Made by a program: the position numbers and the translations under genes
In this document: piece after piece, positions 28,532-37,922 of the stretch
Layout of the letters: every line of letters starts with the position of its first letter
How positions within the stretch are numbered: position 1 is the stretch's first letter
DNA from: a virus
Lineage: Duplodnaviria > Caudoviricetes
IMG/VR virus record: IMGVR_UViG_3300028706_000007
Location: 1-54,353 of that record
Length of the DNA: 54,353 nucleotides
Strand: one strand, 5' to 3'
The notes under the pieces: generated by a model
What the model saw: the letters and a program-made list of their open reading frames with translations, nothing else
Databases searched by the model: none
Told to the model about the DNA's origin: nothing

Positions 28532-29365
28532 TTATCCGAAAAAATTTGACATATCCAATGTAAACGGCTGTTCATATTCATGCCCACATTCTTTTTCGTT
28601 GCATTTAATATTCAATGGTTTAAGTTCATTATCATTCTTCATTCCAATGACATAATCTTTTATGCGTTTATATACGACTCTGTCGCAATTATGCAAAAAA
28701 TCATTGATGAAATCTTCTTCCTTGACTATATTATCTGGAGTTTTGATATAATTGATATTTTGGGTTAGTGCTTTGAGTGATAATTCTGTCATGCTAGCAA
28801 ATGCAGCAGATAATCGTTTGAGTTTTTCCTCCTCCTCCATTTCTGCATCTTCTAGTACACTTGCCAATTTTTGTTCTTCAAATTGAATTACGCTATTTTC
28901 ATTGATTTGCTTATATGACAATGGTTTGAAGAAGATATTTAAATCACCAATATTCACTGATTTCTGGTAATCCGGTGATTTAAGTTGATCTAGTATCGTG
29001 CGTAAATCCAATGAATAAGTAGCAGTTTCCTTACAGGCAGGGCATGTAGTATCTATTTCCATTGAATGTCCGTAACTTGCAATTCTAATGGATGCTAATA
29101 TAGCATCAAAATCAACTGCGGGAATGATCCAAGGATCTAGGATATTAGGCACACAACTTTTGATAACATTCATAACTGCGGTGCCATTGTACAATGCATC
29201 TGGTGTTCTGTATGTTATTTCATCAATTGCTGTCATTGGGTAAATCGGCAATTCGTTATTTGGTGGCATATCTAATGTATTTTCTGGATAAAAGTTACCA
29301 TTGCTTGGTAATTTTAGGTAGATACTTGGTTGTCTGAAATAGTTGGATAGCGGGTTGTTTGACAT
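28532..29365 (-). CDS. Baseplate hub assembly chaperone (T4 gp26-like), 277 aa
   Basis: YLKLPSNG...PMTAIDEI...DFDAILASIRIASYG...CPAC...KCNEKECGH...SNFFG follows the gp26 pattern, including the terminal FF. Confidence 0.85.
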   Translation of the reverse strand: MSNNPLSNYFRQPSIYLKLPSNGNFYPENTLDMPPNNELPIYPMTAIDEITYRTPDALYNGTAVMNVIKSCVPNILDPWIIPAVDFDAILASIRIASYGHSMEIDTTCPACKETATYSLDLRTILDQLKSPDYQKSVNIGDLNIFFKPLSYKQINENSVIQFEEQKLASVLEDAEMEEEEKLKRLSAAFASMTELSLKALTQNINYIKTPDNIVKEEDFINDFLHNCDRVVYKRIKDYVIGMKNDNELKPLNIKCNEKECGHEYEQPFTLDMSNFFG

Positions 29366-29377
29366 AATTTTTCCTAA

Positions 29378-29401
29378 TATAAATAAGTGTAAATATATTT
29401 A
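29378..29401. promoter_or_regulatory. Overlapping divergent late-promoter boxes between gp26-like and tape measure genes
   Basis: TATAAATA (+) at 29378-29385, TAAATA (+) at 29390-29395 and TAAATA (-) at 29396-29401. Confidence 0.6.
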
Positions 29402-29430
29402 TTAAACATAAACTACGGATAATATAAACC

Positions 29431-31743
29431 ATGTCAACTACTGATCAAATAGCACAAATAACCCGTCTTCTGAACCAATTCGCGTCAACATTACCAACCC
29501 ATGAAGCAGCATTATTGCGTGCTGATCTAGCTGCATTGTCTAATAGCGTTAATAGTGCTAACCGAAGTATAGGCGCTTTTAGCAATGAAGCGATGCGAGG
29601 GGCAAGAGCAATTGCGTCATCAACTGCATCATTTGCTGGATCATTAGGCAAAGGACAAACTGCTATATCATCAATTAGTGGTATAATAACGGCAATGTCT
29701 GGATCTCTTGCTGACGTAATCTCTGCGATCCCACAACTAGGTGTAGCTGGTAAGTTCGCCGGTGCGGCAATTGAAACAATGGGGAAAGCGGCAGCATATA
29801 CAACGGGAGTATTAGATGATGGTCTAGGGTCATTCCAAGAATTAAGTCGTGTTGGTGGAATTGGTTCTGATAGTATTGCTGGACTTGCGAAGGATATCCA
29901 CGCTGCTGGTATCCCGTTGAAAATGTTCAGTGGTCTTATTGCTGGGAATAGTAAACAATTAGCTGCCTTACAAGGCACCACCAGTGATGCAAGAAGTGAA
30001 TTTGCTAATGTAATGGGTGGTATGCGTAAGGGGATGAATAAGGAATTACGTAAGATCGGATTTACAACAGAAGAAATCAGCGAAACTGTTATTAACTTTG
30101 CAGATTTGCAACGTAGGTTAGGCAGAGGACAACGGTTGGATAGTGTTCAGTTACAGGAACGAACCCAACAGTATGCCAAGGAATTAGATAAAGTCTCTAG
30201 ACTTACTGGAATGCAACGCGAAGAACAACAAAAACTAGTAGATGCTGCAATGCGCGAAGGTCGTTGGCGTGCTACTATAGAAGATCTGCACCCAGGACAG
30301 GTAATGCAAATGAATATCTTGAATAATTCGATGTCTGCATTTAGTGGCGAAATGGCATCAGGGTTACGAGACCAAGCATCGGGTTTCACTCAATCGGAAG
30401 CGGCACAAAAATTATTCCGCTCAACCAATGGTGCATCCGTTAAAATAATGGAAAAAGTCAAAAGTGGGCAGCTGTCTGCACATGAAGCAATGATAGCTTT
30501 CCAAGAAGCAGTAAAAGCCAATAAAGCACCGATGAAATCATTAAATCAATCTATTGGTGATAGTGCTGGTGTTTATGTGAGATACCACGAATCAATGGAT
30601 CTAATGACAGCAGATTTCAAAGACTTAGGTGACGCTGTTAAGCATCAACAGAAGCAAATGGGGGCAGATTCTGACCCAACCACTAAGGCATTAGTCTCAT
30701 TGCAGGTGGCATTACAGCAAGCAAGTGCTAGTATCACAGCGACATTAATGAATTCCCCGAATGTGGCTTCAACATTGGATAGCGCCGGGGAGAAGTTTGT
30801 TGTTGGCACGAATCTGTTTTATGACACATTCAAAGGTGATTTTTTTACTGATGCAACTCCAAAACGCCCAGCGACCGAATCGGAAGTAAGTCTGCAAGAT
30901 TTAAACATTGAACGCAGAAAATTATTAATTGAAAAGGCAAACTTAAATGTGCCACCCACCCACAAAATGAAAATGGCAGGTATAGAAAATCCACTCACAC
31001 CTGAAGAAACGGCTAGATCAACTGCGATTGATAAGCGGGTTGACGAAATAAACATCCAAATAAAAAAACTTAATGCAGTTATTAAAACAGAAACTGAAAA
31101 ACGCACAGACAGTGTTTCTGCTATATTAAAACAAATGGGCATTGAGAAAACTGAACGAGAGTCGCTATTTACACCACTGCCCCCGTTGCAAAGTAGCATT
31201 AATGCACTACTAGAAAAAGATCATGATATATTATCAGACACTATTACAAAAGCAGGTGGTGCACAAATAAAAGCATTATTAGACCAAGCAACCACCGATG
31301 GTGTTGATATTAATAAAGATAGCAAATTATGGCAAAAAATATATGAAGTAATTAGAGAGACATCTGAGAGTACTGGTATGTTTAGTGCTGGAAAAATAGA
31401 AGTGGTATTCCCAGACGAAATAAAAGTATTGCCTGGTACTACACCTATAGATGTAAATGTTATAGAAAAGTCATCTCATGCAGTGCATTCATCACCTGAA
31501 ATGGTAAAGGGTGGGGTGTTATCTGGACCAAAATCTGGGTATAATGTGACTATGCATGGCACCGAAGCTGTTGTCCCACTCCCTGACAAGAAAGGTATCC
31601 CAGTAAATGTACAAGCAGGAACATCAAATAATAAACATATTGAACTACTAGAAAAACAAGTAAATAAGCTAACTGCTGTTGTTAAAGCAATTGAGGATAA
31701 CACAAGCATATCCAACAAGATACTTCGAGTAACACAAAATTAG
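29431..31743 (+). CDS. Probable tape measure protein, 770 aa
   Basis: Ala/Gly/Gln-rich helical composition, C-terminal GGVLSGPKSGY...HGTEAVVPLP motif, and adjacency to the gp26/gp51-like genes. Confidence 0.7.
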   Translation: MSTTDQIAQITRLLNQFASTLPTHEAALLRADLAALSNSVNSANRSIGAFSNEAMRGARAIASSTASFAGSLGKGQTAISSISGIITAMSGSLADVISAIPQLGVAGKFAGAAIETMGKAAAYTTGVLDDGLGSFQELSRVGGIGSDSIAGLAKDIHAAGIPLKMFSGLIAGNSKQLAALQGTTSDARSEFANVMGGMRKGMNKELRKIGFTTEEISETVINFADLQRRLGRGQRLDSVQLQERTQQYAKELDKVSRLTGMQREEQQKLVDAAMREGRWRATIEDLHPGQVMQMNILNNSMSAFSGEMASGLRDQASGFTQSEAAQKLFRSTNGASVKIMEKVKSGQLSAHEAMIAFQEAVKANKAPMKSLNQSIGDSAGVYVRYHESMDLMTADFKDLGDAVKHQQKQMGADSDPTTKALVSLQVALQQASASITATLMNSPNVASTLDSAGEKFVVGTNLFYDTFKGDFFTDATPKRPATESEVSLQDLNIERRKLLIEKANLNVPPTHKMKMAGIENPLTPEETARSTAIDKRVDEINIQIKKLNAVIKTETEKRTDSVSAILKQMGIEKTERESLFTPLPPLQSSINALLEKDHDILSDTITKAGGAQIKALLDQATTDGVDINKDSKLWQKIYEVIRETSESTGMFSAGKIEVVFPDEIKVLPGTTPIDVNVIEKSSHAVHSSPEMVKGGVLSGPKSGYNVTMHGTEAVVPLPDKKGIPVNVQAGTSNNKHIELLEKQVNKLTAVVKAIEDNTSISNKILRVTQN

Positions 31744-31759
31744 GAACTAAATAAGCAAT

Positions 31760-34700
31760 ATGTCATGGAAAAAATATTTTAAAGCAGCAGATAATACCGG
31801 TGTAATGAGTCCTATTAGTGGGGCGCAAGGTGGTAAGTTCGGATTTAAGAACTATCAAAGTAGGTTACCAGAAGTTTATTCAGGACATCCAAATCGTGTT
31901 AATCGTTATAATCAGTACGAAGCAATGGATATGGATAGTGAAATAAGTGCTTGTTTAGATATTATTTCAGAGTTTAGTACACAAGACAATGATCAAAATA
32001 GCACACCATTTGATGTTGATTACCACGAGAAACCAACTGATAATGAAGTCAAACTCATTGAACAGAATTTAAAACAATGGTGTAAATTAAACCAATTCAA
32101 AAAACGTATATTTAAGTTATTCAGGAATACACTAAAATATGGAGATCAGGTATTTCTCCGTGACCCAGAAACATTTGAATTATTCTGGGTAGACATGTCC
32201 AAGGTTGGGCGTGTTATTGTTAATGAAAGCAAAGGCAAAGAACCAGATCAATACATAATACAAGATATTAACCCTAATTTTGAAAATTTATCAGTGGCAA
32301 CAAAAACCACAGATGATTTTGGAATTACACCAATGTCTGGCGGTATTTCTCCACAACAACAACAAGTGTCAAATCCGGTGGCTGGTGAAGGAACACGCTT
32401 CGGTGCTGCACAAAGAGAAACAACAGTAGATGCTAAACATATTGTTCATTTAAGTTTAACCGAAGGATTAGACTTGAATTGGCCTTTTGGTACAAGTATT
32501 CTTGAAAATATTTTCAAAGTATACAAACAAAAAGAACTATTGGAAGATGCTATTCTAATATATCGCGTTCAACGTGCGCCTGAACGAAGAGTATTTTACA
32601 TCGATGTAGGTAATATGCCATCACATATGGCAATGAGTTTTGTTGAACGAGTTAAAAATGAAATCCACCAACGTAGAATACCAACCCAATCAGGCGAGGG
32701 TGATAATATGTTGGATGCTACATACAATCCATTATGTATTGATTTAGAAACAAGAATACCATTGTTAGATGGAAGAACCCTGACATTACAGCAAGTTATA
32801 GCAGAATATAATGATGGTAAGGAAAATTGGGTATATAGTGCAGATCCTGTATCGGGTAAAGTAGTACCAGGTGAAGTGAAATGGGCTGGTGAAACACGTA
32901 AAAACACAGAAGTATTAAAATTACATTTAGATAATGGAGAGACATTAACTTGTACCCCAGATCATAAAATTCCAGTTTTGGGGAAAGGGTTTGTTGAAGC
33001 GAAAGACTTATCAATTAATGATAGTTTGATTTCATTTGAACATGCGGTTAAAAGCACAAATAAGATGACCAAACTTGTTCCCCTTCGTGAAACAATGGAC
33101 ACTGGGTGTTTAAATGTTGATAATGAATACCATACTTTTGCAATAGAATCAGGTATTTACATAAAAAATTCAATGCAAGAAGATTATTTTTTCCCGCAAT
33201 CAGCGGAAGGACGTGGTTCTAAAGTAGATACATTGCCAGGCGGGGACAATCTTGGTTGTTTTGCATTGGATACCAAAGTGAAATTATTAGATAACCGCAA
33301 TCTTAGTATTTCTGAAATAGAAGCTGAAATGAAGGATGGGAACGAGTTGTGGGCATATAGTTGTGATCCTATCACTGGAAAAATTGTGCCGGGATTGATA
33401 TCATGGGCTGGTAAAACAAGGTCAAATGCTAAAGTTCTTAAAATTGTATTAGATAATGGGGAAGAAATAGTTTGTACTCCTGATCATAAGATACCACTGC
33501 CAGGTATTGGGTTTGTTGAAGCCAAAGATTTAACAATTGGACAATCTTTGATTCCGTTGTATACAAAGAATAAAGAAATATCTAAGCATGCAAAACGTGA
33601 CTATGAAATGGTGTATGACAACGAATCTAAAAAGTGGGTATATACACATAGGTTAGTAGCGAAATACATGAGATCGAATGGATATTCTACTGAAAAGGTG
33701 TTTGATGAAGATTATATTTCAAGTTCAAAAAACACCATTCACCATAAGGATTTTAATCGTTATAATAACTCTCCTGCTAATTTAACATGGATGAACTTCA
33801 CAGATCATACATTGTATCATCAGGATAAAGGATTTTCAAAAGAAGCACAGGCATTGGGTACTCTCGCGGCAAGGGATAAAATGTATTATTTAAAAGAACA
33901 TGATCCCGAACAGTACAATGACATCATAAAACGACAAACACAGGGTAGATCACGATGGTATGAGTCGCTGACTAGTGATGAAATTGATGCACTTAATAAA
34001 AAACGGTCGGTGGGTGTGAAGAAATATTATAAAAATTTGACTAGTAATGAAAAAGAAGAGAGAAAGCAAGTCAGCCGAACTAATTGGTATAAAGGAACCG
34101 AAAAATTCTTAGCACTACTAACGGATGACACCTTTAGGCAAGAATATGGTAATAAAATCTCGGCAGGACAATCCAAATCAAAGATTGATAACCCTGAATT
34201 ATGGAAAAACCGAAGTGCAAAAATAACAGAAGCTAATATTATTAGATGGCAAACCGATGGGTACTATGATAGTGTATTTAAAGATCAAAAAATTAAGTTT
34301 AATTCTGATATGTATGAATTTGTGTCAACTCTGTATGTGACACATAAAGTAGAGCATGCCGGTGATTTCACGTCTATTATTGGGAATAATAGTACATTTA
34401 TGCAGATGTATGCTGCTGCGAATACTAAGGTTCATAGTAATACCAAGGTTGATAAATTCTCGGTTAGGCACTTGCACAAGTTATTAAAGCAAATGAATCA
34501 CACATGGGAATCATTTAAACTTATTCATTCTTACATTGTTCCCGATGATATATTGAATGATTTAATATCACAATATGATAATCAGATGTCACAGTATGAT
34601 TTTATCTCAAAGTTAAAAGATAATAATCATTTGTTGTCAAGTAGACATAAGGTTATTAACCATTTAAATAAATGTGGTATTGATAATTTCAAGACATTTA

Positions 34701-35479
34701 AAGAATTCGCCGAGTATAAGAACCATAGAATTGTTGATATAATTTATTTAGATGACACTATAGATGTCGGCACATTATCTATTGACCAAGATGAATTACA
34801 TCATGATTATCACACATTTGCACTAAGTGCTGGGGTTTTTGTTAAGAATTCAATTAATGATCTACTGTATTTCAACAATAAATTAGCACGTGGTCTAAGA
34901 GTACCAAGTAGTTATTTGCCATCTGGACCAGAGGATAATACTGCACCAGTAAATGATGGGCGATTAGGAACAGCATTAATACAAGAGTATAGATTCAACC
35001 AGTATTGTATTAGATTACAGAATGCTATTGGTGAAATGCTTAATAAAGAGTTCAAGATGTTTTTGGCTTGGCGTGGATTTAATATTGATGCTAGTTTATT
35101 TGACATATCATTTGGCGAACCACAAAACTTTGCTAGTTATAGACAGACTGAACAAGATGCATCTAGGGTAGGGACATTTGCATCACTAGAACAATATCCA
35201 TATTTGAGTAAACGTTTTTTACTTGAACGCTATCTTGGTTTATCAGAAGAAGATATGACCAAGAATGATGAACTATGGGCAGAAGAGAATAAGGAAGTAG
35301 AAGAAGTACCAACCGAGGGTTCTGATTTACGTGGTGTTGGTGTGATGCCTGGTGGAATGGAAGGCGATATTGGCATGGCTGATGATTTAGATATGATGGG
35401 TGAGATGTCAGATGATATGGGACCAGATGGAATGGAAGGTGATATGGGACCAGAAGCACCTGTGCCACCCCCTGCCTAA
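31760..35479 (+). CDS. Portal protein (T4 gp20-like) containing two inteins; 1239 aa precursor, 563 aa after splicing
   Basis: LLEDAILIYRVQRAPERRVFYIDVGNMP, EDYFFP...GRGSKVDTLPGG and YFNNKLARGLRVPSSYL. TAAATA at 31748-31753. Confidence 0.95.
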   Translation: MSWKKYFKAADNTGVMSPISGAQGGKFGFKNYQSRLPEVYSGHPNRVNRYNQYEAMDMDSEISACLDIISEFSTQDNDQNSTPFDVDYHEKPTDNEVKLIEQNLKQWCKLNQFKKRIFKLFRNTLKYGDQVFLRDPETFELFWVDMSKVGRVIVNESKGKEPDQYIIQDINPNFENLSVATKTTDDFGITPMSGGISPQQQQVSNPVAGEGTRFGAAQRETTVDAKHIVHLSLTEGLDLNWPFGTSILENIFKVYKQKELLEDAILIYRVQRAPERRVFYIDVGNMPSHMAMSFVERVKNEIHQRRIPTQSGEGDNMLDATYNPLCIDLETRIPLLDGRTLTLQQVIAEYNDGKENWVYSADPVSGKVVPGEVKWAGETRKNTEVLKLHLDNGETLTCTPDHKIPVLGKGFVEAKDLSINDSLISFEHAVKSTNKMTKLVPLRETMDTGCLNVDNEYHTFAIESGIYIKNSMQEDYFFPQSAEGRGSKVDTLPGGDNLGCFALDTKVKLLDNRNLSISEIEAEMKDGNELWAYSCDPITGKIVPGLISWAGKTRSNAKVLKIVLDNGEEIVCTPDHKIPLPGIGFVEAKDLTIGQSLIPLYTKNKEISKHAKRDYEMVYDNESKKWVYTHRLVAKYMRSNGYSTEKVFDEDYISSSKNTIHHKDFNRYNNSPANLTWMNFTDHTLYHQDKGFSKEAQALGTLAARDKMYYLKEHDPEQYNDIIKRQTQGRSRWYESLTSDEIDALNKKRSVGVKKYYKNLTSNEKEERKQVSRTNWYKGTEKFLALLTDDTFRQEYGNKISAGQSKSKIDNPELWKNRSAKITEANIIRWQTDGYYDSVFKDQKIKFNSDMYEFVSTLYVTHKVEHAGDFTSIIGNNSTFMQMYAAANTKVHSNTKVDKFSVRHLHKLLKQMNHTWESFKLIHSYIVPDDILNDLISQYDNQMSQYDFISKLKDNNHLLSSRHKVINHLNKCGIDNFKTFKEFAEYKNHRIVDIIYLDDTIDVGTLSIDQDELHHDYHTFALSAGVFVKNSINDLLYFNNKLARGLRVPSSYLPSGPEDNTAPVNDGRLGTALIQEYRFNQYCIRLQNAIGEMLNKEFKMFLAWRGFNIDASLFDISFGEPQNFASYRQTEQDASRVGTFASLEQYPYLSKRFLLERYLGLSEEDMTKNDELWAEENKEVEEVPTEGSDLRGVGVMPGGMEGDIGMADDLDMMGEMSDDMGPDGMEGDMGPEAPVPPPA
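32735..33169 (+). mobile_element. Mini-intein 1 in portal (145 aa, no endonuclease)
   Basis: Block A CIDLETRIPLLDG, block B CTPDHKI, C-terminal HTFAIESGIYIKN followed by Ser+1. Confidence 0.92.
33257..34849 (+). mobile_element. Intein 2 in portal (531 aa) with HNH-type homing endonuclease
   Basis: Block A CFALDTKVKLLDN, block B CTPDHKI, HNH-like YTHRLVA...IHHKDFNRYNNSPANL...H, C-terminal HTFALSAGVFVKN followed by Ser+1. Confidence 0.92.
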
Positions 35480-35484
35480 TATAT

Positions 35485-35883
35485 ATGAGAGTTAGTGAAC
35501 TTATAATAGAAGAGATTGTTACTGTTGGTAACAATGATCATCTATACGCTGATCTTAAAGATGTGGCTAGTTGGATGGATACAACTGTTGATAACTTGCA
35601 CATAGAAGTAGATATGGTTCCAATTGCACATTTTGAAACTCAGATTAAGGAAATGTATAGTACATATGATGAATACCCCAGTGATGCGGCAAGAACCGAA
35701 AAGATAATGGATCAACTCAATACAGGTGCATCGCCATTGCCTGTATATGTAGATATTGCAGATCCAACGCAATTGATAATGGAAGGCAGACATAGAATGG
35801 TAGCATTTTGGTTATTGGGATTAAATGAAATACCGGTAGCATATGTTTTTAACAAAAGCAAACATTCGCACTATATTACATAA
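35485..35883 (+). CDS. ParB/Srx-like domain protein, 132 aa
   Basis: LPVYV...LIMEGRHRMVAFWLLGLNEIPV matches the ParB N-terminal (D/E)GxHR motif. Confidence 0.7.
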   Translation: MRVSELIIEEIVTVGNNDHLYADLKDVASWMDTTVDNLHIEVDMVPIAHFETQIKEMYSTYDEYPSDAARTEKIMDQLNTGASPLPVYVDIADPTQLIMEGRHRMVAFWLLGLNEIPVAYVFNKSKHSHYIT

Positions 35884-35931
35884 ACTACGAACCTTGATTT
35901 GATAGAATAGGTAGAATTAATAAATACAATT

Positions 35932-36156
35932 ATGTTAATAAATGAAATGTATGGCGAAGGTATTCCTGGTTATCAGGATGTGGAAGATGATGGAAGTAAA
36001 GTCACAAAAGATGATTTACGGAAGACTAGGCTCACCCTAAAACAAATTAATAAATTGCGTCAGATGAATGATGTAAGAAATTTTGAATTCAAAGAAAAAC
36101 TCAAAAAGGTACAACGGCAATATGCTGTTCCAGCCGAAGCACCCCCCCAATTTTAA
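35932..36156 (+). CDS. Small head-module protein, 74 aa (position of T4 prohead core genes)
   Basis: TAAATA at 35921-35926; basic helix RKTRLTLKQINKLRQM; located between portal and protease. Confidence 0.65.
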   Translation: MLINEMYGEGIPGYQDVEDDGSKVTKDDLRKTRLTLKQINKLRQMNDVRNFEFKEKLKKVQRQYAVPAEAPPQF

Positions 36157-36304
36157 AAAATAAGCCAATTATTAATGTTTTATACCATTTTTAATGCTTT
36201 ATCTACCCAAATCTTGTAAGTTATTGTAAATACAACGAACAGTACTGGCACACCCAAATAATTTGTGGTGTCCGAATTAAACCACAAATTAAAGGAAAAA
36301 CGAA

Positions 36305-37150
36305 ATGAATAAATTTGAAAAGTTAATTGAATATGTAATTAATGATGAAGAGAACAAAGCAGCTGATCTATTTCACCAGATCGTGGTAGATAAGAGTCGT
36401 GATATTTACGAGGATTTAATGCAAGCTGACAAGATTGATGACGAAGATGTTGAGGACGTTGAAAAAGAAGTAGAAGCTGATGAAATCAATGAGGATGACG
36501 ATGAAATGACATTCGGGGGTGATGATGGTGAAGCTGATGAAATAGCATTCGGGGGTGATGAAGATTTCGGAGATGAAGAAGAAGGTGAATTTGATATTGA
36601 AATGGGTGCACCAGAAGGCGATGTAGATTCAGAAGATTTAGAAGACCGCGTTGTTGATCTAGAGGATAAACTTGATGAACTAATGGCTGAATTCGATGAT
36701 TTGATGGGTGATGAAGAAGGTGGAGAAGAATTTAGTGATGCAGAATTTAGTGATGAATTATCATTAGATGATGAGGAAGGCGAAGAGTTCGGTGATGAAG
36801 AATTTAGTGATGAATTATCATTGGATGACGAAGAAGAATTTGAAGAATCAACCAACCCAGGGTTTTTTGAAGGCGCAGCATTAAAACCTGCACCAAAACC
36901 AACTACATCTGAGGAAGGTTCTATTAATAAGAAATCAACCAATGCAAATAATGCAGGTGGAAAAGGAAGAACAAATGGTGCTAAACCAGTAAAAGCTGGA
37001 TCAGCAGAAGAGAAAGGTCGTGGTAAAGTATCAGTTGGTTCTTTAACTACTGCAAACACTGAGGCTAAACCATTGCAAAAAGTTTCCAAGGGTATTTCTA
37101 AGAAGAAAGGTGATAGCGTTAAATCAATCGCTAAACAGAATAACAAGTAA
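36305..37150 (+). CDS. Acidic prohead core/scaffold-like protein, 281 aa
   Basis: SD AAGGA; extremely Asp/Glu-rich middle with duplicated EFSDELSLDDEE and a Lys-rich tail; directly upstream of the protease. Confidence 0.7.
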   Translation: MNKFEKLIEYVINDEENKAADLFHQIVVDKSRDIYEDLMQADKIDDEDVEDVEKEVEADEINEDDDEMTFGGDDGEADEIAFGGDEDFGDEEEGEFDIEMGAPEGDVDSEDLEDRVVDLEDKLDELMAEFDDLMGDEEGGEEFSDAEFSDELSLDDEEGEEFGDEEFSDELSLDDEEEFEESTNPGFFEGAALKPAPKPTTSEEGSINKKSTNANNAGGKGRTNGAKPVKAGSAEEKGRGKVSVGSLTTANTEAKPLQKVSKGISKKKGDSVKSIAKQNNK

Positions 37151-37162
37151 GGATAATTTATA

Positions 37163-37792
37163 ATGGCTTACCTACAGGAAAATTTATCATATGATGCTGC
37201 TAGTATAGTAGTTGAATCACGTGGTGAAGGTGACAAAAAATCACTCTTTATGAAAGGTATGTGTATACAAGGCGATGTCCAGAACGCTAATCAGCGTGTT
37301 TACCCTGTGAATGAAATTGGTAGTGCTGTAAAAACTATTAATGAACAGATACAGGGTGGATATTCAGTATTGGGTGAATTAGATCATCCAGAAGATTTAA
37401 AAGTAAACCTTGACCGTGTCAGTCATATGATCACAGAAATGTGGATGGATGGTGCAAATGGTTTTGGTAAGTTAAAGATTTTGCCTACCCCAATGGGTAA
37501 GTTAGTTGAAACTATGTTAGGTGCGGGTGTTAAATTAGGTGTTTCTAGTAGAGGGAGTGGCAATGTCAATGAATCTAATGGAAATGTCAGTGATTTTGAA
37601 ATAGTCACAGTGGATGTTGTGGCACAGCCGAGTGCACCAGGTGCATATCCAACTGCCATTTATGAAGGGTTGTTGAATATGAATGGTGGACATAAGATGC
37701 TAGAAATGGCAACTGATGCAAGAGAGAGTTTAACTGCACAGAGATACTTAGAAAAAGGGTTAAAATCCTTAATTAAGGATCTTAAAATATGA
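37163..37792 (+). CDS. Prohead protease (T4 gp21-like), 209 aa
   Basis: NANQRVYP, LGELDHP, VSHMI, GVSSRGSG and DVVAQPSAPGA. Confidence 0.95.
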   Translation: MAYLQENLSYDAASIVVESRGEGDKKSLFMKGMCIQGDVQNANQRVYPVNEIGSAVKTINEQIQGGYSVLGELDHPEDLKVNLDRVSHMITEMWMDGANGFGKLKILPTPMGKLVETMLGAGVKLGVSSRGSGNVNESNGNVSDFEIVTVDVVAQPSAPGAYPTAIYEGLLNMNGGHKMLEMATDARESLTAQRYLEKGLKSLIKDLKI

Positions 37793-37922
37793 CACAAGCA
37801 ATTGTGTAAACGAATTAAACAGATTCGTTATATGAAGAATCTGTGAGGAATTGGTACATAAATAAATGTATTAATATGCTTGTTTTTAAAAGCAAGTTAT
37901 AATGGTAAAAAGGAAAAACATT

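Noticed and set aside
36406-37146. 246-aa Ser-rich minus-strand ORF
   Set aside because: It is the antisense shadow of the GAA/GAT-rich acidic core gene.
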